Origin: a virus
Lineage: Duplodnaviria > Caudoviricetes
IMG/VR virus record: IMGVR_UViG_3300025600_000026
Coordinates: 1 to 46,776 of that record
Direction: 5' to 3' (one strand)
DNA length: 46,776 nt
Positions within the stretch are counted from its first letter, which is position 1; each line of letters starts with the position of its first letter. This document shows positions 1 to 9,388 of this stretch, piece after piece. A program made the translations under genes and the position numbers. The notes below the pieces were generated by a model. That model did not search any database and was not told where the DNA came from. It was given only the letters and a program-made list of their open reading frames with translations.

Positions 1-75
1 CGGAAAGTAGGGTCGTTTATTGATCGGATCAGGAAAAGTAATAGGAATGAAAACCAATTTAATAAAGATTGAATT

Positions 76-279
76 ATGAGCGTAAAAATGGAATATAAAT
101 GTGATTTATGCAGGGAAGTATCTCCACCCGAAATATTGAAATGTATATACTATGATTCTACAGTAAAAAACAGCGATAATTCATTTGGGAATTATATAAT
201 TGTGTCCGATATAAGAACTACAGATAAACACATCTGCAAGCACTGTATCGAAATGATAAAATCATATAAGCCCGATTAA
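76..279 (+). CDS. small zinc-finger hypothetical protein
   Basis: 67 aa ORF with CDLC and CKHC pairs. Confidence 0.6.
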   Translation: MSVKMEYKCDLCREVSPPEILKCIYYDSTVKNSDNSFGNYIIVSDIRTTDKHICKHCIEMIKSYKPD

Positions 280-303
280 TTTTGATATTTGAAAAAATAA
301 GAG

Positions 304-311
304 TAAGTTTG
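304..311 (+). promoter_or_regulatory. Bacteroidota-type -7 promoter box for the tRNA region
   Basis: TAAGTTTG matches TAnnTTTG, with TTTG about 20 nt upstream. Confidence 0.6.
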
Positions 312-323
312 ATAAAAAGAATA

Positions 324-383
324 GATCATGTGGCGGAATTGAAGCCAGAGTTCTACTTTCAGGATCGTTACCTGACATGATCA
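324..383 (+). ncRNA. tRNA-like element lacking an anticodon arm
   Basis: Acceptor GATCATG/CATGATC plus A; D-like arm GGC-GGAATTGAA-GCC; T-like arm TCAGG-ATCGTTA-CCTGA; only 12 nt where the anticodon and variable arms should be. Confidence 0.55.
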
Positions 384-496
384 CGAGGGGCATTGACCTG
401 TCCACGGCCCCAATTTTTTAAATACTGTTTACGTGTTATTCGGTAAATAAAACGCGCGAATCAGTGGAGGGTGACAATTGGGGAGAGACCCAAACA

Positions 497-569
497 GCCG
501 GAATAACTCAGTTGGTAGAGTGTCTGATTTGTATTCAGAATGTCACGGGTTCGATTCCTGTTTCCGGCT
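497..569 (+). tRNA. tRNA-Thr(TGT)
   Basis: Full cloverleaf: GCCGGAA/TTCCGGC; ACTC-AGTTGGTA-GAGT; TCTGA-TTTGTAT-TCAGA; ACGGG-TTCGATT-CCTGT. CCA is not encoded. Confidence 0.93.
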
Positions 570-582
570 CAAAATTTAAGTT

Positions 583-1155
583 ATGGATGATCAAAAGCAA
601 TATACACTCGAAGAGTTAAAAGAAGAGCTAAACGAAAAGCAAAAAATATTTGCCCACAATTACATAATTGACTGGAATGCAACGCGTTCGTACAAAAAAG
701 CATATGGAGAAATGGATGATAATGTAGCTGCTGTTTGCGGATGCAAGTTGCTAAGAATTGCTAATGTTAAACAGTATATCAACTTCATCAAAAATAACCT
801 TGAAGAGGAGGCTGGAGTTAGTAAATTAAGAGTATTAAATGAGTTTACAAAGATTGCCTTTTCTTCGATAGCTCACCTTCACAACACATGGATTGACCGC
901 AAAGAATTTGAATCACTAACAGATGATCAAAAGGCGAGCATTGAAAGCATTGACACTAAAACCGTAACGATCAATTTTAACGAAGAAACAAAAGAAGTTG
1001 AGTATGTTAAGATCAAACTTTACAGCAAATTACAGGCCAATATTGAGATTAAAAAGATGCTTGGGTATGATTTGCCGGTTAAGAGCGATATTACAAGTGG
1101 AGGTGAAAAGATAACGCAAATAATCAAATGGGGGGATAAAGAAATAATTCTATGA
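583..1155 (+). CDS. terS: terminase small subunit
   Basis: N-terminal LNEKQKIFAHNYIIDWNATRSYKKAY HTH typical of Terminase_2; overlaps the TerL start. Confidence 0.9.
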   Translation: MDDQKQYTLEELKEELNEKQKIFAHNYIIDWNATRSYKKAYGEMDDNVAAVCGCKLLRIANVKQYINFIKNNLEEEAGVSKLRVLNEFTKIAFSSIAHLHNTWIDRKEFESLTDDQKASIESIDTKTVTINFNEETKEVEYVKIKLYSKLQANIEIKKMLGYDLPVKSDITSGGEKITQIIKWGDKEIIL

Positions 1156-2525
1156 TCGAAATGACCCCAAAGCAAACTGAAGCAATGGAGGCGATTGAAT
1201 CAGACAAATTCAATTTCATTCTGTACGGCGGTGCGATTCGAGGTGGTAAAACTATTTGGGGATTATCGGCGTTATTGGTTATGTGTAAGATATTCCCAGG
1301 TTCCAGGTGGTGTGTTATCAGAGAGGATATGGAAAAGATTCGAACTACTACAATTCCGTCGTTTGGAAAATTGGAGGCTCCAGGTCAATTGAAACAATCG
1401 CCTTACGAATATAGACACACTAACGGATCGGTAATACTTTTTAAGTCTGAAAACTACGCACAGGATAAAGACTTAGATTGGATGCGTGGACTTGAAGTAA
1501 ATGGAATACTTTTCGAAGAAATCAATGAATGCCAACAAAAGACGTTTAACAAAGCGTTTGAGCGCGTTGGATCATGGATTATACCACACACTAGAATACA
1601 GCCAAAACCAATAATATTAGCAACATGTAACCCAACTTATGGATGGGTTAAAAACATAGTTTACGACAGGTGGGAAAACAATACTTTGCCGAAAACATGG
1701 AAGTACATACCGGCCAAAATAACCGATAATCCGCACTTACCACAGGAATATATCGATAACCTTAAAAACCTGCCAACATTTGAATATATGGTATTTGTTG
1801 AGGGTAATTGGAACGTTCAATTAAAAACAGGCGGTGAGTTTTATAAATGCTTCGAAATAAACCAACACATTAAACCAATAAAATACAATCCTGATTTACC
1901 TATTCACATGAGCTGGGATGACAACGTAAATCCTTATTTGCCGTGCGGTATATTTCAGATAATTGGTAATTCCGTTTTAATGATTGATGAAATATCCGGG
2001 ATTACTCCAAACAATACCGTTAAATCTGTTTGCCTGGAATTTATCCGGCGATATCCTGCACATTCAACTGGACTGTTTGTGTATGGTGACGCAACAGCGA
2101 ATAAGCAAGATACTAAACTGGAAAAGGGTTATAACTTCTTTCGATTAATAACCGACTATTTGACGCAATACAAACCTACAAACAGGGTTTTAGCGTCTAA
2201 TCCGTCGGTGGTGATGCGAGGTAATTGGATTAATACGGTATTTGAAAAGAATATTGGAGGGTTGAATTTTATAATTGGCGAAAACTGCAAGCAGGCCATT
2301 AATGATTTTATAAGTTTAAAAGAAGCATCGGACGGAACAAAGCTAAAAGAAATGGCTACCGATCCCGCAACCGGCGCCAGGTTTCAGAAAGTAGGTCACT
2401 ATTCGGATTTGTTTGATTATATTGTTTGCAGTGCATTTTCTGATAAATTTATGGAGTATCAAAGGGGCGGAAGATACACCGCGCCAATCATCGGAAAAAA
2501 CATTTCACGAAATAGTTACAATTAG
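1152..2525 (+). CDS. terL: terminase large subunit
   Basis: Walker A GGAIRGGKT, Walker B ILFEE, motif III ATCNP, RNase H-like C-terminal domain (SWDDN, HYSDLFDY). Confidence 0.95.
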   Translation: MIEMTPKQTEAMEAIESDKFNFILYGGAIRGGKTIWGLSALLVMCKIFPGSRWCVIREDMEKIRTTTIPSFGKLEAPGQLKQSPYEYRHTNGSVILFKSENYAQDKDLDWMRGLEVNGILFEEINECQQKTFNKAFERVGSWIIPHTRIQPKPIILATCNPTYGWVKNIVYDRWENNTLPKTWKYIPAKITDNPHLPQEYIDNLKNLPTFEYMVFVEGNWNVQLKTGGEFYKCFEINQHIKPIKYNPDLPIHMSWDDNVNPYLPCGIFQIIGNSVLMIDEISGITPNNTVKSVCLEFIRRYPAHSTGLFVYGDATANKQDTKLEKGYNFFRLITDYLTQYKPTNRVLASNPSVVMRGNWINTVFEKNIGGLNFIIGENCKQAINDFISLKEASDGTKLKEMATDPATGARFQKVGHYSDLFDYIVCSAFSDKFMEYQRGGRYTAPIIGKNISRNSYN

Positions 2526-2562
2526 ATAATTTATTTTTTATCTTTACGCAAAATGTGACAAT

Positions 2563-3501
2563 ATGGATTCATTTATTTTCATTGGGGACTACATCAAACA
2601 AATACAAGTAGATAACTTACAGCAAGTTATCGGCAACAATCAATCAGTTTTAGATGGTATTCAATTAGTTGCGGTCGAAGAGTGCAAGAGTTTTTTGAAG
2701 AATAAATACGACATTTCAACTGCTTTTCAATCAATCACACAGCATGATCCTGCAAAAACCTACGCGGCAGGCCAAACAGTTTATTTAAACGCTGATCCTT
2801 ACGCTTCAAAAACATACGCTTTAAATGATCAGGTACTGCAGTCCGGAAAGGTTTATTCCTGCTCAACTGCAATTACAGTTGCCGAAGTTTTTACAATTAG
2901 TCACTGGACTTTGCTGGGCGATCAATACGAGATATTTTACGCGATCAGTCCGAAACCTATTTTCAATTACAAAAACATTTACCGTGTTGGCGATCAGGTT
3001 TATTGGAATGGATACACTTACACAAACAAGGTTGAAACATCGATACTCGATCATTCGGCACTTTTACAGATAGGACAATCAGGAACAGATCGAATAATTA
3101 ATGTTTGGCCCGACGATACCATTAAAGGGATTCAGTCGTGGGGAATGGGAATTGCATACTCTATTCCCGCCAATACTCAAATAACAGATGCAAAATGGAT
3201 TAAAGGCGATAACCGAGATCAGAAACTACTTGAAGTTTGTATTAACATTGCAATATTTAAGGCTCATTTACGTATTTCACCACGAAACATTCCCGAAACA
3301 AGGGCTTATATGTATTGGGGTAATCCTGACGATAGGGTGGCATTAAAAGGTAGGATTATTTACCCGACTTATTCAGCATTAGGATGGTTGCAGTCTGCCA
3401 GTGCCGGCATTGATGTCACGCCTGAATTGAATACGGTACAGCCGAATGTTGGGTTAAGAACAAGTTACGGCGGTAGTCAAAAACTGATAAATAATTATTA
3501 A
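2563..3501 (+). CDS. head-tail connector (DUF1320/Mu gp36-like) with inserted carbohydrate-binding-like repeats
   Basis: Flanks AVEECKSFLKNKYD and RDQKLLEVCINIAIFKAH..PRNIPE..ALGWL resemble gp36; internal YxxGDxV repeats; lies between terL and portal. Confidence 0.65.
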   Translation: MDSFIFIGDYIKQIQVDNLQQVIGNNQSVLDGIQLVAVEECKSFLKNKYDISTAFQSITQHDPAKTYAAGQTVYLNADPYASKTYALNDQVLQSGKVYSCSTAITVAEVFTISHWTLLGDQYEIFYAISPKPIFNYKNIYRVGDQVYWNGYTYTNKVETSILDHSALLQIGQSGTDRIINVWPDDTIKGIQSWGMGIAYSIPANTQITDAKWIKGDNRDQKLLEVCINIAIFKAHLRISPRNIPETRAYMYWGNPDDRVALKGRIIYPTYSALGWLQSASAGIDVTPELNTVQPNVGLRTSYGGSQKLINNY

Positions 3502-3505
3502 ACCA

Positions 3506-4849
3506 ATGGCATTAACCTGGAACAAGATAAGAAACTATATCCCTTTCGGAGGCGGTTCAATGAATCCCGAACTAAGAACAAAGGATAACAAAAACCTGAC
3601 TAATTATCCCGCGCCTGTTCAATTACAGCGAATACGACAAGATATAATGACTTGGCGAGAGGCTTTAAATGAAGCAGAAAATGTATGGTATCCTCACCGG
3701 GTTAAACTTCAAAAGCTATTCATTGACACAGTAATTAATGGCCATGTTTCTGCATGTATTGACCGAAGAAAGGATTTAACCTTATTGCGCAAATGGGAGT
3801 TTGTTGATCGTAACGGCAAAGTAGATCAAAAGACTACTGATATGTTCATGGACACAGTTAAAGGTCAATCACAAAATAAAGAATGGTTTAACAAATTTCT
3901 GAATCATGGATTAGATTCGATTTACTTCGGGTATTCTTTGATTTCGTTAGGGGACGTTGTTGATGGTGAGTTTCCTGATTTGGATATTGTAAAGCGTTGG
4001 AATGTATCGCCTGACAGAATGAATGTAACAAACTTTACTTATTCGATTTCAGGTGCTAAATTTGAAGATGAACCATATAAGGATTGGCATGTTTACGTTA
4101 AGACTTACAACGACATAGGAACATCTAAAAGCGGCTACGGATTACTTTATAAGGTCGCTAACTACGAGATATTTTTACGCAATTTAATAGGGTTTAATGG
4201 TGATTTTGTCGAGTTGTTTAGTCAGCCTTACAGAGTAGGCAAGACAACAAAAAAGGCCGGTGATCCTGACTATGACGCAATGGCAGGGGCTATGCAGCAA
4301 ATGGGATCATCCGGATGGGCTTTAATTGACCCTCAGGACGAAATTGAGTTTCTTGAAACTGCATTAGGCGGAACAGGCTACAAAGGATATACCGATTTTG
4401 AATTAAGACTTGAAAAGAAAATCAGCAAAATCATTTTAGGTCACGCCGATGCTATTGATAGCGTACCTGGCAAACTTGGCAATTCAGGCGAAAAGTCACC
4501 GGCTGAAAAAGCAATGGAAGACAAGCAAACCAAAGACGGGGCATTTATTGCAAATGTTGTGAATAACGGCTTATTAGTCAACATGCGTAATTTAGGTTTT
4601 GCGATACCTGAAGAAACTATTGCAGTATTAAAGAATGATGCTGAAATAATGGAACTTAATAACGCGGTAATAGCTCAGGCAGTTGAGATGTATAAGGCTG
4701 GATTAACGATGGATAACGAGTATTTCACAGCACAAACAGGCATACCAGTAACCGCGCCACCTGAGCCGATTATCCCTACTATTCCAAAATTAACCGAATC
4801 AGTAAAAAACAAACTTGAAAAAATCTATAATCATGTTCACATTCATTAA
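3506..4849 (+). CDS. portal protein (DUF935/Mu gp29-like)
   Basis: 447 aa; GHVSACIDRRK, FGYSLI, FVELFSQPYRVGKT, ISKIILG motifs. Confidence 0.88.
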   Translation: MALTWNKIRNYIPFGGGSMNPELRTKDNKNLTNYPAPVQLQRIRQDIMTWREALNEAENVWYPHRVKLQKLFIDTVINGHVSACIDRRKDLTLLRKWEFVDRNGKVDQKTTDMFMDTVKGQSQNKEWFNKFLNHGLDSIYFGYSLISLGDVVDGEFPDLDIVKRWNVSPDRMNVTNFTYSISGAKFEDEPYKDWHVYVKTYNDIGTSKSGYGLLYKVANYEIFLRNLIGFNGDFVELFSQPYRVGKTTKKAGDPDYDAMAGAMQQMGSSGWALIDPQDEIEFLETALGGTGYKGYTDFELRLEKKISKIILGHADAIDSVPGKLGNSGEKSPAEKAMEDKQTKDGAFIANVVNNGLLVNMRNLGFAIPEETIAVLKNDAEIMELNNAVIAQAVEMYKAGLTMDNEYFTAQTGIPVTAPPEPIIPTIPKLTESVKNKLEKIYNHVHIH

Positions 4850-5126
4850 AGAGTATTTCCGCAAAAGGGCGCAAACAAAAGCGTACAAGAAACTGCATAT
4901 GGGATTACTGGATAATCCACAATTAATGTATGATACCCGCAAGAAATTTGAGGCTGCATTTGGTGTCAATCAGATCAACAGAACGAGAGTTCAATGGGTT
5001 CGATTGGTTAATGTTTACGGGGCTGAAACAGTTGCTAAAATGGAGGCAATGACACCAACTGAGGTAATGCAGAAAACAAAAGAAACTTATAAGATGAAAG
5101 TTTTGCGAGAATTAAGCAGGAATTAA
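4833..5126 (+). CDS. hypothetical protein
   Basis: ORF overlapping the portal end; ATG at 4833 preferred. Confidence 0.6.
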   Translation: MFTFIKEYFRKRAQTKAYKKLHMGLLDNPQLMYDTRKKFEAAFGVNQINRTRVQWVRLVNVYGAETVAKMEAMTPTEVMQKTKETYKMKVLRELSRN

Positions 5127-5203
5127 ATGTAATTTATACTTTTAAAAATTGTACCCGAAAGGTTTATAAAGAATGAAAGTAAAATGTACCGATTTTTAAT
5201 CAA

Positions 5204-5986
5204 ATGACAGATAAATTCCAATATAGCGATTCAGAGTTAAAAGATTTACTTAATGGCATCTATTCTGGTGCTATTACTGAATACGCCATACCGGAATCAC
5301 TCTACATGCAAATCGCAAATTATCTTAAAGCGGGTTTGTATGAAGGTTTTGGCGGTAACCTTTTGGACTTTACGGGCAAAGATTTGGAATTACTTGAAGA
5401 TTTAAGGACTAATACTTTCATGTTTTCAGGTGGCAAGGCATATCATCAAATCAAGGAATACAGAACTTTACTTTTGGATGAGTCAGGTAATTTGAGAAGT
5501 CAAAGAGATTTCACGCAATTAGCCGCTAAAGAGTTTGAAGCTTGGAACGTAAACTGGGGATTAACGGAACGTTCTACGGCTATTGGCCAGGCTCAAATGG
5601 CTGTTAAGTGGAATGAAATCGAACGGAATGCAGATATATTGCCTATTCTTGAATTTTCAACCAACGGCAAGCCGTGTGAGATTTGCGCGCCATATAATAA
5701 CTTTTCAGCTCCAGTTCGTGATGCTGTTTGGAATTGGGCAACTCCATTATTACACTTTAATTGTGAGTGTATTTTATTGCAACATGAAGATACCCATGCA
5801 ATTTCAAGTAAAGAAAAGTATACAGAAATACAGGATCGAAAAGAAACCGTACCTGAAGTATTTCAGATGAACCCGGGCAAAGACAAAGTAATTTATTCCG
5901 ATTCGCATCCTTATTTTGAAGTTTCAGCAAAAGATAAAGAATATGCAAAAAATAACTTTAATTTACCAATACCATCAAAAGACTAA
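5204..5986 (+). CDS. head morphogenesis protein (Mu gpF/SPP1 gp7-like)
   Basis: WGLTE..A and C..C...PLLHFNCEC motifs, F..NPGK...HPYF tail. Confidence 0.85.
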   Translation: MTDKFQYSDSELKDLLNGIYSGAITEYAIPESLYMQIANYLKAGLYEGFGGNLLDFTGKDLELLEDLRTNTFMFSGGKAYHQIKEYRTLLLDESGNLRSQRDFTQLAAKEFEAWNVNWGLTERSTAIGQAQMAVKWNEIERNADILPILEFSTNGKPCEICAPYNNFSAPVRDAVWNWATPLLHFNCECILLQHEDTHAISSKEKYTEIQDRKETVPEVFQMNPGKDKVIYSDSHPYFEVSAKDKEYAKNNFNLPIPSKD

Positions 5987-5988
5987 AA

Positions 5989-6237
5989 ATGAAAGAATTA
6001 ATCGGAACGTGTATGCAGACAAGTCGAATTGAAGATTTGATTAAATCAGCATTGGAAGCTAAAGACAAAGGAGCGACCAATTTTGAATGCTTAATTGATT
6101 CAGGCAAATCAGGAGACGCATGGATTAGATGTATTGAATTTACCCGCGTGTTAACAGAAAAAGAGATTGCCCTAAATGAAATATATAAAAAAGAGGCAGA
6201 AATTCTTCTTCTTAAAGTAAAATTATCATGCTTATGA
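5989..6237 (+). CDS. hypothetical protein
   Basis: 82 aa ORF tightly packed in the operon. Confidence 0.6.
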   Translation: MKELIGTCMQTSRIEDLIKSALEAKDKGATNFECLIDSGKSGDAWIRCIEFTRVLTEKEIALNEIYKKEAEILLLKVKLSCL

Positions 6238-6596
6238 CACCACAAAAAGTACAGCAGAAACTATTCGAAGCAAGGGATGTAATCCATTTGATTCACCTTA
6301 ATACAACTTCATATGCCGAACACAAAGCACTAAACAGTTTTTATGATGGTTGGCTCGATCAGGTAGATAAATTCATCGAAACGTATCAAGGTAAATATGG
6401 CAGAATTGGCGGTTATTACACCATCGAAGCGAACGCCGGAACCAATAGCCGAACTTATTTAATTGAATTAATGGCTTACCTGAATGATGACATTTTAAAT
6501 ATCATCGAACCGACCAATGATTCGGATTTAGATAATATTATTGCAGATATGAAACAATTGATAAATCAGACACTATTTTTATTAACTTTGAAATAA
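6234..6596 (+). CDS. ferritin/Dps-like protein (DUF5856-like)
   Basis: HLIHLNTTSYAEHKALNSFYD..DKFIETYQGKYGRI and C-terminal YLLTLK-like motif. Confidence 0.75.
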   Translation: MTPQKVQQKLFEARDVIHLIHLNTTSYAEHKALNSFYDGWLDQVDKFIETYQGKYGRIGGYYTIEANAGTNSRTYLIELMAYLNDDILNIIEPTNDSDLDNIIADMKQLINQTLFLLTLK

Positions 6597-6605
6597 AAAA
6601 ACACA

Positions 6606-6920
6606 ATGGCAAACGCACAAGACAATTTAATCGGACCATCGCCACAGGACAAAATGATCGGGATAGAACCCGTTTTCGTAGTTGGAACAGGCGCATACAC
6701 ATTACCAACAGGACAAGCAGCATACGCATGTTCTTGTAGGATCGATGCAACGCAAATATCTTCCATTACACCTGCAGGGGGCGCGGCAATAACGAATAAG
6801 ACGTGGCAAAATGTCGCTTTGAATAATGGAGAGTACATTCCTTTTCCGGTCCCGATTACATCAATTACGATCAATACTACTTTGGGTATCGTTCTTTGGA
6901 TTCAGTCTTACAAAATCTAA
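6606..6920 (+). CDS. small beta-rich virion-associated protein
   Basis: 104 aa, T/G/A/P-rich; own TAACTTTG box at 6583-6590. Confidence 0.6.
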   Translation: MANAQDNLIGPSPQDKMIGIEPVFVVGTGAYTLPTGQAAYACSCRIDATQISSITPAGGAAITNKTWQNVALNNGEYIPFPVPITSITINTTLGIVLWIQSYKI

Positions 6921-6923
6921 GCA

Positions 6924-7388
6924 ATGGCCAATCAATTTAATTTTGCACAGGTTCAGCAAAAACTGATTAGAGCGAAACGGGAAATACTTGTTTTGCTCCC
7001 AAATCAGGCGCAAAATTATTTTGTTTCATCATGGCAAAAGCAAGGATTTGACGGCAAACAATGGGCGGAAGTTCAAAGAAGAAAGCCAGGATTTTCAGCG
7101 TACAAATACCCAAAGACACGGGGGCTACAACGAAGGACACAACCGATACTGATCGGGGCCGGATATAAAAAAAGAGGTGGAACACTTCGCAGGGCAGTTA
7201 GTTCAATGAGCAGAACGCAACAGGTAATGAACGACGGATTCAGAATGATTGTAGATGTTCCTTATGCAAGTTATTTGAATGACGGGACAAGCAAAATGCC
7301 ACAACGTCAATTCATTGGTCAGACCCGCGAATTAACGTTAATGCAGGAACAAAAGATAAACGAAATAATCACACGAATATTTATCTGA
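6924..7388 (+). CDS. virion morphogenesis/neck protein (Mu gpG-like)
   Basis: GTLRRAV, VPYASYLNDGT, MPQRQFIG motifs. Confidence 0.85.
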   Translation: MANQFNFAQVQQKLIRAKREILVLLPNQAQNYFVSSWQKQGFDGKQWAEVQRRKPGFSAYKYPKTRGLQRRTQPILIGAGYKKRGGTLRRAVSSMSRTQQVMNDGFRMIVDVPYASYLNDGTSKMPQRQFIGQTRELTLMQEQKINEIITRIFI

Positions 7389-7508
7389 TCATGGAAACGA
7401 ATCAATTTAATAATCTAAGGAATGCAGTTGATGAATTGAAAGTGGCAATACTTGAATCTATGAAGCCGGTTATTATCCCTGTTTTAAGTTTTATTAATAA
7501 ACTATTCT

Positions 7509-8102
7509 ATGGCCGGAATTAAAGCTCCGTTAACTGATATTCTTTCAAAACTTGCAGCGATTCAGGTTTTAAATTTGGACCATCAAACAGTTGACCTATA
7601 TACCCGAATTTGGAACAATCAAGTTCGTGGGATAGAGAATGGGGAAACTTATTCATGCCCTACGCCTGCCGCGTTTGTTGAGTTTGTTACTCCGGTCACT
7701 TTTGAGCAAATGGGTCAAGGTTTTTTAAATGCTGATTTGGGTGTAAAAATCCATTTGGTCCACGTATTCTATAACGAAGAGGGGACATTTGAACAGGATT
7801 TGGATATATTCGATTTGAGAGATAAGATCATTTCCGAAATGTCGGCTTATTGTCCAACCGGATGTGGCCCGTTAAATGTAATTAATGAATCACAGGATTA
7901 CGATCATACAAACGTTTATCATTACATTATCGAATTTATTTGTAACTTTGTTGATAGTACAGCAAGCAAAGCAGAAAGAACAGGAATGTATGAAGAAATC
8001 ACACCGGATTTAGATGCAAATGTAATTAATGGTGGTGTACCATCAGAACTATTGCCCGAAGATGACTATTTTATAATTAATCAAAACAATACCCATAAAT
8101 GA
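7509..8102 (+). CDS. tail terminator/completion protein
   Basis: WNNQ...PAAFVEF motif; position after the neck gene. Confidence 0.65.
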   Translation: MAGIKAPLTDILSKLAAIQVLNLDHQTVDLYTRIWNNQVRGIENGETYSCPTPAAFVEFVTPVTFEQMGQGFLNADLGVKIHLVHVFYNEEGTFEQDLDIFDLRDKIISEMSAYCPTGCGPLNVINESQDYDHTNVYHYIIEFICNFVDSTASKAERTGMYEEITPDLDANVINGGVPSELLPEDDYFIINQNNTHK

Positions 8103-8962
8103 GCAGATCAGTTTCAGATATTCAACAGCAAGTAGTTACTCAATTAGTGGCTAATCTTGCAACGATAGGGATAACAGTAGACCCGAATCAATGGAGTAAG
8201 CGGAACATGTTGAGAATGATTTGCTTTACTTTTGCCGTTTGTGCTGCATACATCGAACAGTTAATGGATGCTTTGAAATTGTCAATTGAAACAACTGCCA
8301 GCCAATCAGCCGCAGCTTCGTCCCTTTGGATTCAATCTCAAATGTTTGCTTTTCAATTTTCGCTGTTAGATCCCCAAATATTGCAATTAATAAACACCAT
8401 TCCGCAATATCCATTTATTGACACTAAATTAAGGATAATTACAGCGTGTTCAGTAACGTCAACGGCGCCAAATGTTGTCACTATTAAGGTTGCCAAAGAA
8501 AGTCCATTTGTGGCATTGACAGATATTGAGAAAGCAGCGGCTCAGGGATATATTAATCAGAAAGGAACAGCCGGAATAAATTACACGGTCGAATCAAAGA
8601 ACTCTGACAAGATTTACATTAATGCAAATATCTATTATCAAGGTCAATATTCAGTAGTAATCAAAACGGATGTAATCGCGACCATTAATTCATTTCTGCA
8701 AAACCTTTCGATAACCAATTTTAATGGCAGTCTTAAAATGACCGATTTAGAAGCGGTAATAAGAAACGTCGAAGGTGTGAATGATGTTGTATTACTAAAC
8801 GTGAGAGGACGTGAAGATACTGCACCATTTAGCGCAGGGATTGATTTAATTTTGAATCAAACAACCATTGCCAGGCTTTGGAACTCGGTTGCAGGATACG
8901 TAAGCGAAGAAACAACCACGCTAAAAACATTTAATGATTCATTGAATTTTATACCTGAATAA
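8099..8962 (+). CDS. baseplate wedge protein (gpJ-like)
   Basis: IKVAK..YINQKGTAGI and LEAVIRNVEGVNDV C-terminal motifs. Confidence 0.72.
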   Translation: MSRSVSDIQQQVVTQLVANLATIGITVDPNQWSKRNMLRMICFTFAVCAAYIEQLMDALKLSIETTASQSAAASSLWIQSQMFAFQFSLLDPQILQLINTIPQYPFIDTKLRIITACSVTSTAPNVVTIKVAKESPFVALTDIEKAAAQGYINQKGTAGINYTVESKNSDKIYINANIYYQGQYSVVIKTDVIATINSFLQNLSITNFNGSLKMTDLEAVIRNVEGVNDVVLLNVRGREDTAPFSAGIDLILNQTTIARLWNSVAGYVSEETTTLKTFNDSLNFIPE

Positions 8963-8986
8963 TACTAATTTTGAAATAAAAACGAT

Positions 8987-9388
8987 ATGGATGTAAAAGA
9001 ATTAAGGATTGGAAATTTAATAATAGATTCAATAAATAACCGTACCGGATCAGTAATGAGATTGAATTGCGGTATTGATTATCCCATTACATATAATTAC
9101 AATAAGGCATTTGAATGTACCCCGAAAAACGGCGAAGGAATTGACGGTATTGCAATAAATGAAAAAATATTGATAGACGCAGGGTTTAATTATGACGATG
9201 ACGAACACGAATTTATGTCATTGGAAATATACGCAGGGCTTAAAATTCATTCTGACATATCGGATCAATTTTCAATTTGCACGCTTGTATTAAATCGTAA
9301 AATGACAATTGGAATAAAGTATGTCCACCACCTCCAAAATATTTGGAGGGATTTAAAAGGCGAAGAACTCAAAATAAAACAGAAATGA
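8987..9388 (+). CDS. moron-like hypothetical protein (ELRIGN family)
   Basis: MDVKELRIGN...KYVHHLQNIWRDLKGEEL; own TAATTTTG box at 8966-8973. Confidence 0.75.
   Translation: MDVKELRIGNLIIDSINNRTGSVMRLNCGIDYPITYNYNKAFECTPKNGEGIDGIAINEKILIDAGFNYDDDEHEFMSLEIYAGLKIHSDISDQFSICTLVLNRKMTIGIKYVHHLQNIWRDLKGEELKIKQK

Noticed and set aside
387-466. HDV-like (theta) ribozyme after the tRNA mimic
   Set aside because: CGAA plus a possible P2 (CATTGA/TCAGTG) are present, but P3/L3 is non-canonical, there is no GG for P1.1, and a long AU spacer follows P1
3506-7388. Transposable Mu-like phage
   Set aside because: Only the virion genes are Mu-like; there is no MuA/MuB, and replication appears origin-based
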